From Thermoplasmatota archaeon (GTDB lineage Archaea > Thermoplasmatota > SW-10-69-26 > JACQPN01 > JAJPHT01), in NCBI GenBank assembly GCA_035540375.1, contig DATLGO010000070.1:2416-66415 (forward strand): 64,000 bases of DNA, given 5' to 3'. Position numbers and translations under genes: made by a program. Positions within the stretch are counted from its first letter, which is position 1; each line of letters opens with the position of its first letter. Below are positions 57,200 through 64,000 of the stretch, one piece after another. The notes under the pieces were generated by a model. That model had not been told where the DNA came from. It searched no databases and worked only from the letters and a program-made list of their open reading frames with translations.

Positions 57200-57470
57200 A
57201 GGCGGGCGCGCGCGGCGCGCACGCGGAGCGCGGCGCGCACGTCGTGCGCTGCGCGCGCGGCGCGTGCCGCGCGCACCTGCTGCGCAAGGCGCGCCTCGCG
57301 CGCGGCGCGCACATCTCGCACGTTACGCACATCACGCACGTCGCGTGCCTCGCGCGCGGCGCGCACAGCTCGCACGTTACGCACATCACGCACGTCGCGC
57401 GCATGACGCACGTCGCGCGCCTCGCGCGCGGCGCGCCGGGTGCGCGCGGCGCGCGACCTCGGGACAATCC
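57200..57470. repeat. GC-palindrome-rich tandem repeat array (about 55-nt unit with CGCGCGGCGCGC cores and CACGT motifs)
   Basis: The unit ctcgcgcgcggcgcgcaca(t/g)ctcgcacgttacgcacatcacgcacgtcgcg occurs twice plus partial copies. It lies in a 543-nt convergent gap between aglB and asnS. Confidence 0.75.
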
Positions 57471-57734
57471 TCATCCGTCCTTGCGTCGCGGTCGGCTCGA
57501 TGTTCCGTCGTTTCGAGCGGGTCGTGGACGAGCCGTTGTCGCCGTCGACGCGTTTGTTGCGGGTGGATGCGCGGGACAAGGAGGTGGTTTCGCTCCGGAG
57601 GCGCGGTGGTGGGCGTCGCGGGGCGTGCGGTTGCGGCAGGACGAGGTGGTGGCGCTGCTCGTGGCGGATGCGTTGGATTCGCCGTCGTCGCGGTTCGCCG
57701 GGTTGGGCGTCGCGCGGTCCGGGGTAGGCGGCCG

Positions 57735-59048
57735 TCAGGGGTAGGCGCGGTTGGGGGTCCTCGGGAAGGGGGTGGCGTCGCGGATGTGTTGGCCCTTGGT
57801 GAGCCAGTTGAGGACGCGTTCGGTGCCGAGGCCGAAGCCGCTGTGGGGGACGCTGCCGTAGCGGCGCAGGTCGAAGTACCACTCGTAGGGCGTCGGATCG
57901 GTCCCTTCCTTCTTCAGCCGGCGCATCATGAGGTCGATGTCGAGGCTGCGTTCGCTCCCGCCGATGATCTCGCCGTAGCCTTCGGGGGCGATCATGTCGG
58001 CGCAGCGGGCGCTCACGCCGTCTTCGTCGAGGGCCATGTAGAAGGCCTTGATCTCGGCGGGCCAGTAGGTGACGAAGATCGGTTTCTCCTCTCCTTGCGT
58101 GAGGGCGGCTTCGTGGGGGACGCCAAAGTCTTCGCCCCATTGGAAGTCGGGGAAGCCGCGCTTCTTGAGGAGGTCGACGGCGTCGTCGTAGGTGATGCGC
58201 TTGAAGGGGGTGGTCATCTTCTTGAGGTCGGCGGGTTCGCGGCCGAGCTCGACGAGCTCCTTTTCGGCGGTTTCGGCGACGCGGCGCGCGACGTGGCTCA
58301 CGAGCTGTTCCTGGATGTCCATGTTGCCTTCGTTGTCGACCCAGGCGGCTTCCTCTTCGAGGTGGCCGAATTCGGTGAGGTGCTTGCGGGTGCGGCTTTT
58401 CTCGGCGCGGAAGCTGGGGGTGAGGCACCAGACCTTCTCGAGGCTGAAGGCGAGGGCTTCGAGGTACATCTGGGCGGACTGGCTGAGGTAGGCTTCCTTG
58501 CCGAAGTAGTCGAACGTGAAGAGGGTGCTGCCGCCTTCGCAGGCGTTGGTGGTGATGACGCTGGGGGTGGTCTCGTGGAACCCGTTCTGGTCGAACCATT
58601 CGCGGAAGGCGCGGAGCATCTTGCCTTTCACGATCATCTGGTTCGTGAGCTTGCGGCTGCGGAGCCAGAGGTGGCGGCGGTCCATGAGGACGTCTTCGGC
58701 CTCGGCTTCGACGGTGCTTTCGTAGATGGGGAAGTCGTGGCTCGCGCCGACGAGGGTGAAGCGGTTGGCCTTGAGTTCGTGTCCGCCGGGGGCGCGGTCG
58801 TCCTTGGCCACGTCGCCTTCCACGATGATGCTCGCTTCCATGCTCGCGGCGGCGGCGGCTTCGAAGTCGGGGTCGGGGAGGTTGCCTTTCCGGGCGGTGA
58901 CCTGGAGCACGCCGGTGGCGTCGCGGACAACGGCGAACACGATCTTGCCGCTCGTGCGGTGGCGGTGGATCCAGCCGCGGACCTGCACGGTCTTTCCCGT
59001 GTGGTCGCCCGCGAGGATGCTCGCGATGGTGGCCCGGTGATGGGGCAT
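57735..59048 (-). CDS. asnS: Asparagine--tRNA ligase
   Basis: Class II aaRS. The C-terminal block (IKAFYMALDEDG...GEIIGGSER...RRYGSVPHSGFGLGTERV...PFPRTPNR) closely matches E. coli AsnRS (IKAFYMRLNEDG...GEIIGGSQRE...RRYGTVPHSGFGLGFERL...PFPRTPRNA). Confidence 0.85.
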   Translation of the reverse strand: MPHHRATIASILAGDHTGKTVQVRGWIHRHRTSGKIVFAVVRDATGVLQVTARKGNLPDPDFEAAAAASMEASIIVEGDVAKDDRAPGGHELKANRFTLVGASHDFPIYESTVEAEAEDVLMDRRHLWLRSRKLTNQMIVKGKMLRAFREWFDQNGFHETTPSVITTNACEGGSTLFTFDYFGKEAYLSQSAQMYLEALAFSLEKVWCLTPSFRAEKSRTRKHLTEFGHLEEEAAWVDNEGNMDIQEQLVSHVARRVAETAEKELVELGREPADLKKMTTPFKRITYDDAVDLLKKRGFPDFQWGEDFGVPHEAALTQGEEKPIFVTYWPAEIKAFYMALDEDGVSARCADMIAPEGYGEIIGGSERSLDIDLMMRRLKKEGTDPTPYEWYFDLRRYGSVPHSGFGLGTERVLNWLTKGQHIRDATPFPRTPNRAYP

Positions 59049-59074
59049 GGGGTCGGGAAGGGCGCGCGTGGGCC

Positions 59075-61162
59075 ATGAAGCTTGGGCTCGCCGGGTGGCG
59101 GCTTGCGCGGGCGAGCAACATTCTTAAGTGGCGTTGGCGCGTACGCGGGAGCGTGCCGGATCCCGCGGGCGGGAAAAGCGGTGAGTGGTCGGTTGATCGC
59201 GCGATCCAGCTGTACAACATCGACAACTGGGGCGCGGGCTACTTTTCGGTGAACGCGGCGGGTCACCTGACGGTGACGCCGTATGGTCAACCGGGTCCCG
59301 CGATCGACGTCATGGACGTCATCGAGGACGTTCAGGAGAAGGGGCTCGGGTTCCCGATCGTCATCCGGTTCCAGGACGTCCTGCGTTCGCGCGTCGTCAA
59401 GCTGAACGAGGCGTTCCGCGCGGGGATCAAGAACTTCAACTACCACGGTCAGTACCTGGGCGTTTACCCGATCAAGGTGAACCAGATGCGCGAGGTGGTC
59501 GAGGAGATCCTCGATGCCGGCGCGCCCTTCCACTATGGGCTCGAGGCGGGATCGAAGCCCGAGCTTCTCGCGGCGCTCGCCTTGAACGCGGACCCGGAGG
59601 CGCTCACGGTCTGCAACGGGTACAAGGACGAGGACTACATGCGTCTCGCCCTCACGGCCCGGAAGCTCGGCCGTAAGGCGATCGTCGTCATCGAGAAGCT
59701 CTCGGAGCTTCCGCTCCTCCTCAAGGTCGCGAACGAGATGCAGGTGGAGCCCTGGATCGGGCTTCGCGCGAAGCTCACGACGAAGGGGACCGGGAAGTGG
59801 GAGAAGTCGTCGGGCGACTTCGCGAAGTTCGGTCTCACGATCCCCGAGATCCTTCAGGCGGTCCAGATCCTGCGCGAGGCGAACAGGACGTCGTCCCTCA
59901 AGCTCTTCCATTTCCATGTGGGCAGCCAGCTCATGGACATCTCCTCGGTGAAGGAGGCCGTGAAGGAGGGCGCCCGCATCTACGCGAAGCTCCGCAAGAT
60001 GGGGCTCGAGATCGAGTATTTCGACGTCGGAGGCGGCCTCGGCGTGGACTACGTCGGCACGACCGCGACGGTCTCCTCGTCGACGAATTACACGCTCGAG
60101 GAGTACGTGAGCGAGGTCGTGTACGACCTGAAGCAGATCTGCACGAGCGAGGGCGTCGCGGAGCCGAACATCGTGAGCGAGTCGGGCCGCGCGATCACGG
60201 CGCACCACTCGTGCATCATCATGAACGTCTTCGGCTCGATCGAGATCGGCGCGGCAAGGTTGCCCGAGGTCTCGAGGAGCGAGGATGCGCACGGCATCGG
60301 CGTCGGCATGGTGCGCGAGATGCGCGAGATGGTGCAAGGTCTCACGCTCAAGAACGCGCGCGAGTACTTCTTCGACGCGCGAGCCAAGAAGGACGAGGCC
60401 CTCTCCGCCTTCCGCCTGGGCGTCCTCGGCCTCGAGGAGCGCGCGGAGATCGAGAACCTCTACTGGGACCTCTGCCGCAAGATCGTGCACATGTTCCAGG
60501 ACCGCAAGCGTGTGCCCGAGGACCTGAAGGAGCTCGCGACGCAGCTCGCGGACCAGTACCTCGCGAACTTCTCGCTGTTCCAGAGCGCGCTCGACCACTG
60601 GGCCTTCGACCAGCTCTTCCCGCTCGTTCCCGTGCACCGGCTCAACGAGGCGCCGTCGCGCAATGCGACGCTCGTGGACATCACGTGCGATTCGGACGGC
60701 AAGATCGACCAATTCATCGACGTGAACGGGACGCGCCCGACGCTCCCGCTTCATGCGTTGCACCCGCACGAGCCGTATTTCATCGGCATGTTCCTGACGG
60801 GCGCCTATCAGGACATCATGGGCGACATGCACAACCTGTTCGGGCGCACGAACGAGATCCATGTGTTCGTGGACGACGAGGATCCCGAGGATTTCTACCT
60901 CGAGACCGTCATCCCGGGCGACATCGTCGCGGATGTCCTCTCGCGCGTGCAGTACGAGCCGCGCGAGCTCGTGAAGCGCGTGAAGGCGGTCACGGATGCG
61001 CGGGTGCGCGAGGGTCTCCTCAAGCCGAAGGAGGGTGTGGCGCTCATCGAGTTCCTCGAGGCGCAGACGCGCAGCTACACGTACCTCATTCCGACGAAGG
61101 CGAACGGCGTCGAGCGGTTGAGCCCGGTGAAGGAGCCCGCTCCGGCGTCTCCGCCGCCTTAG
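59075..61162 (+). CDS. speA: Biosynthetic arginine decarboxylase (PLP-dependent, SpeA type)
   Basis: Near-collinear with E. coli SpeA. Matching blocks include YNIDNWGAGYFSVN, VYPIKVNQ, GLEAGSKPEL, CNGYKD, HFHVGSQ, DVGGGLGVDY, NFSLFQS and DITCDSDG. Confidence 0.85.
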   Translation: MKLGLAGWRLARASNILKWRWRVRGSVPDPAGGKSGEWSVDRAIQLYNIDNWGAGYFSVNAAGHLTVTPYGQPGPAIDVMDVIEDVQEKGLGFPIVIRFQDVLRSRVVKLNEAFRAGIKNFNYHGQYLGVYPIKVNQMREVVEEILDAGAPFHYGLEAGSKPELLAALALNADPEALTVCNGYKDEDYMRLALTARKLGRKAIVVIEKLSELPLLLKVANEMQVEPWIGLRAKLTTKGTGKWEKSSGDFAKFGLTIPEILQAVQILREANRTSSLKLFHFHVGSQLMDISSVKEAVKEGARIYAKLRKMGLEIEYFDVGGGLGVDYVGTTATVSSSTNYTLEEYVSEVVYDLKQICTSEGVAEPNIVSESGRAITAHHSCIIMNVFGSIEIGAARLPEVSRSEDAHGIGVGMVREMREMVQGLTLKNAREYFFDARAKKDEALSAFRLGVLGLEERAEIENLYWDLCRKIVHMFQDRKRVPEDLKELATQLADQYLANFSLFQSALDHWAFDQLFPLVPVHRLNEAPSRNATLVDITCDSDGKIDQFIDVNGTRPTLPLHALHPHEPYFIGMFLTGAYQDIMGDMHNLFGRTNEIHVFVDDEDPEDFYLETVIPGDIVADVLSRVQYEPRELVKRVKAVTDARVREGLLKPKEGVALIEFLEAQTRSYTYLIPTKANGVERLSPVKEPAPASPPP

Positions 61163-61214
61163 TTTTGGCGTCCTCCCGGCAAGGGTTTTCCCACCTTGCC
61201 GCGCTGGGACGGGC

Positions 61215-61691
61215 GTGCTCCTCGTCCTGCGGTGTCCCGGATGCGGCAAGTCGAAGGTCGCGCGCGAAGGCGTGAAGCGCACGGTCTGCGCCCATTGCGG
61301 AAAATCGATCGAGACGGCGCGCGCCGTCGTGGTCCTCGCAACGCCCGATGAAGCCGAGGCGCGTCTTGCGGCGGGAAGCGCGAACGCCCAAAGGGCGGGG
61401 CGTCCCGAGGAGTTCCGCGCGGCGTTCGCCGGCCAGGCCGCGCCCCGCGCGCCCCCGTCCGACGCGCAGGCAGCGGCGGTTCGCGCGGCGGCTTCGGCGC
61501 GCGGCGACGAGGCGCGTCTCGAGGCCGCCGCGAGGGCGTTTGCGGCGGCTTCCGGCGCGTTTGCGCCCGAGGCTTTCGCTCCCGTTCTCGCGGCGCTCGG
61601 CATCGCGGGCCCTGCGCGCGACCGTCTCGAGCGCCTTGCGGCAAGCGGGGTCCTCTACGAGCCGCGGCCGGGCCGCTTCGCGCTCGCTTAA
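61215..61691 (+). CDS. Zinc-ribbon hypothetical protein (Ala-rich)
   Basis: CPGCG...CAHCG ribbon at the N-terminus. GTG start. Confidence 0.4.
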   Translation: MLLVLRCPGCGKSKVAREGVKRTVCAHCGKSIETARAVVVLATPDEAEARLAAGSANAQRAGRPEEFRAAFAGQAAPRAPPSDAQAAAVRAAASARGDEARLEAAARAFAAASGAFAPEAFAPVLAALGIAGPARDRLERLAASGVLYEPRPGRFALA

Positions 61692-62404
61692 GCCTGCTCG
61701 CGGCGCTCGGCGCGGCGCATCGCGCGCGCTTCCCCCGGGGGGAGGCCGAGCGGGAGCACGCGCGCGCGGCCGACGTGGAGCGCGACGAATCCGTAGACCG
61801 CCGCAAGCGCGCTCGTTCCGAGCGCCACGTCCGAACCGTATCCGAGGATGAGGCCGCTTCTCGCGTAGAACTGGAAGAGGAAGAAGGGGACGACGAGGCC
61901 CGCGGCGGCGACCGCGGCGTGTCGGAAGGGCGCCCGTTCCGCGATGCCGCGACCCGCCCATGCGCCCGCGGCGAACATGGAGAACGTGAGGCCCGTGCCG
62001 ATTCCGAGGAGCGCGAGGAGCGAAAGGGCGTCGGCTCCGGCGCGCGGGATCATGTAGGCTTGCGCGAAGGCGAGCGTGACCATGACGCTCGCGCCGGAGG
62101 CGAACGCGCCGCCGTTGAAGACGGAGTGGCGCTCGCCGCGGAACTTGCGGCGGTTCAGGATGGCGGTGAACGCGAGGGCGGCCACGAGGGCGAGACCGAT
62201 CGAGTAGACCTCGAGCCCTGCCGTGAGGATGAGGAGCGCGAGGACTGCGAGGCCCATGCCGAGGAAGAGGCCTCCGACGAACCAGAGGAACACGAGCGTG
62301 TCCTTGAAGTGCCCGTCGTAGCGACCGTAGGCCGCGAAGAGGACGACCGCCGCGGGGGCGAGCGCGGCCCCGCCCGCGAGGATGGCGGGCATGTTGAGGA
62401 GCAT
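61688..62404 (-). CDS. Polytopic membrane protein
   Basis: Six or seven predicted TM helices. Overlaps the previous gene by 4 nt. Confidence 0.5.
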   Translation of the reverse strand: MLLNMPAILAGGAALAPAAVVLFAAYGRYDGHFKDTLVFLWFVGGLFLGMGLAVLALLILTAGLEVYSIGLALVAALAFTAILNRRKFRGERHSVFNGGAFASGASVMVTLAFAQAYMIPRAGADALSLLALLGIGTGLTFSMFAAGAWAGRGIAERAPFRHAAVAAAGLVVPFFLFQFYARSGLILGYGSDVALGTSALAAVYGFVALHVGRARVLPLGLPPGEARAMRRAERREQA

Positions 62405-62434
62405 GGGGGGCCTACCCCGCTTCTACGATATGAA

Positions 62435-63658
62435 TCAAGTGAAGGGCGCGAGGGCGACGAGCGCGAGGGCTTCGCCCGCGACGAGGCCGGTCGCAACGAG
62501 CGTCGCGCCGAAGCGGCGGGCGGCTCGTCCTTCGGCCGGGAGTCCCGCGCGGCGCCGTTCCCATCCTTCGCGCGCGAGGGCGCCGGCCAGGATGGGGAGG
62601 ACGGTCGCGAGCGGGAGGAAGAGGCCGAGCGCGAGGGCGAGACCCCGGCGGGTCGCGAGGTCCGCCGCGAGGCCGAAGCCGATCCCGAGGAGCAGGAGCG
62701 TCGCGTCGAAGGGGCCGCCGGCGAGGCCCTGCGCGAGCGTCGCGAGGGCGTGGCCTTGCGGCGCGCCGCCGTCGGCTGCGGCCGGGGTGAGGAGGAGCCC
62801 CGCGATGGCGGCGGCGAGGGCCGCGGGGGCCACGAGCGCAAGGTGGAGGCGCGCTCCGGCATCGGGCGCGATCCCGGCGTAAAGCCCCGTGCGCGAGGCC
62901 CGGAGGACGCCCGCGCCGGTCGCGACGGCGCCCGCGAACACCGCGCCGCCCAGGACGGCGAGAACGGCCGTCGCCTCGGGACCGGCGGCGGTGGCGAGGG
63001 CGAGGCCTCCGAGGGCGGCGGCCACCGCGAGGGCGAGCGCGACCGCCGCTTCGGGGTGTCCTTCGCCCGCGGCCTTGATCGCGATGGATCCGAACGCGAG
63101 GACGAGGAGCGTGACCCCGGATCCCGCGAGGGCTGCGAGCGGAAGCGGCGCGCCCGCGAGCGCGAACCCGGCGGCCGCGAGCGCGGCCGCGGCAGCCAGG
63201 CCCCAGCGGCCACGGCGATCGAGGCCGTCCGCGAGCGCGCGGGGCGCCGTGCGGAGCGCGGGCGCGAGCCGGAGAAGAACGGCGAGCGACGCGCCCGCGA
63301 GGGCTCCGACGGCGAGGAGGCGGACCGGACCTGCAAACGCGAGCGGCGCCGAAGCGAACCCGGCGTTCCAGAGGGATTCGAGACCGACGAAGCCGCCCGA
63401 GGGCCGGTGCAGGACGGGCGCGTTCAGGGCGACGGCAAGCGGCGTCGCGACGAGCCAAGCGGCGGCGCTCCCGACGGCGAGCGCGACCGCAAGGCGCGCG
63501 CGGAGGAGCCATCCCGCGCCGAGAAGGAGCGGCGAGAGCGCGAAACCCACGAGCGTGTGGTGCGCCGCGGCGGCGGGCGTCCCGACGACGCCGCCTTCGA
63601 CGACGCCTTCGAGGCCCGCGCGCGCGGCGCCCGCCTCGAGCGCGCTCTTTCCGCCCAC
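62435..63658 (-). CDS. Ala-rich polytopic membrane protein (may extend beyond the annotated start)
   Basis: Continuous hydrophobic helices across 400 aa. No family recognised. Confidence 0.4.
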   Translation of the reverse strand: MGGKSALEAGAARAGLEGVVEGGVVGTPAAAAHHTLVGFALSPLLLGAGWLLRARLAVALAVGSAAAWLVATPLAVALNAPVLHRPSGGFVGLESLWNAGFASAPLAFAGPVRLLAVGALAGASLAVLLRLAPALRTAPRALADGLDRRGRWGLAAAAALAAAGFALAGAPLPLAALAGSGVTLLVLAFGSIAIKAAGEGHPEAAVALALAVAAALGGLALATAAGPEATAVLAVLGGAVFAGAVATGAGVLRASRTGLYAGIAPDAGARLHLALVAPAALAAAIAGLLLTPAAADGGAPQGHALATLAQGLAGGPFDATLLLLGIGFGLAADLATRRGLALALGLFLPLATVLPILAGALAREGWERRRAGLPAEGRAARRFGATLVATGLVAGEALALVALAPFT

Positions 63659-64000
63659 GAGCGGAAGGTCACGGACGAGCGCGAGGAGGCCCGCGCCGGT
63701 GCCCGCGGCGACGAAGGCGCCGAGACCCTGCCGGGCGCGTCGCGCGGCCCCCGCGCTTGCGTCGTCCCCGCGCTCGAGAAGACGCAGTTCCGCCTCGACG
63801 CCGTCGAAGGGCAGCGGGTCCTCGACGGTCCACCGGCGTCGGAGCGCGAGGGCGGCGAGGACGCCGAGGAGAGCGGAGGCCGCGATGGCGAGGAAGACGG
63901 CCGAAAGGCGAGGTCCGACCGGCGCGATGGCCGCATAGGTCGACGCTCCCGCAAGAAGCGCGAGGGCCGGCCCGGCGTAGAGAACGGCCGTGGCGACGAG

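Noticed and set aside
53859-57467. 1202-aa minus-strand ORF opposite aglB
   Set aside because: Antisense to aglB and low complexity. Only the final 167 codons (54362..53859) form a credible secreted protein.
57244-57744. ORF encoding SHVTHITHV repeat peptides
   Set aside because: The periodicity comes from translating a DNA tandem repeat in a convergent intergenic region. There are no coding signals.
1-64000. Transposases, integrases or defence systems (restriction-modification, toxin-antitoxin, Cas)
   Set aside because: No DDE or tyrosine-recombinase motifs and no nuclease/ATPase defence signatures were found. The accessory character comes from the paralog array and a low-GC island, not from recognisable mobile elements.

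Overview
This is a 64 kb window at roughly 70% GC from a prokaryote that is almost certainly an archaeon. The first ORF is a partial ribosomal protein L10e (uL16), a family restricted to archaea and eukaryotes. The window also encodes an STT3/AglB oligosaccharyltransferase with a WWDYG motif, an archaeosortase-A-like protein next to archaetidylserine decarboxylase and synthase, a THEP1-type NTPase, and TATA-like elements about 28-32 nt upstream of several start codons. Because GC is so high, all six frames contain long spurious ORFs. I called real genes by family resemblance, start/stop overlap coupling (ATGA/GTGA), signal peptides and synteny.

The first 33 kb is ordinary metabolism and transport: PEP synthase with an upstream XRE regulator, a thiBPQ-like ABC importer, aldehyde dehydrogenase, three crotonase-family enzymes plus 3-hydroxyacyl-CoA dehydrogenase, a BoxB-like diiron oxygenase, PhzF, aquaporin, a VIT transporter, an AI-2E transporter, Nth and RNase HII. 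It also contains a 2.8 kb low-GC island (19742-22530) encoding Cys-rich secreted proteins.

The most interesting part is 33.4-57.2 kb. An NfeD gene and its usual SPFH/stomatin partner gene are separated by seven tandem, divergent paralogs of an uncharacterised secreted protein family. Each is about 580-610 aa, with a signal peptide, conserved Cys pairs, a DLDGDG calcium-loop-like motif, a YAPYPREW motif and a C-terminal WDCDxIxPLA. An eighth copy lies 5 kb downstream. The array is followed by artA-psd-pssA (lipid-anchoring machinery), a THEP1 NTPase, a tRNA-Met(CAT) and aglB. Together this reads as a cell-surface biogenesis island built around a novel expanded protein family.

Other notable points are G-quadruplex-capable GGGNCC microsatellites, a GC-palindrome tandem repeat at a convergent gene junction, Lys/Ala/Pro-rich tails on several housekeeping proteins, and a bacterial-type SpeA arginine decarboxylase.
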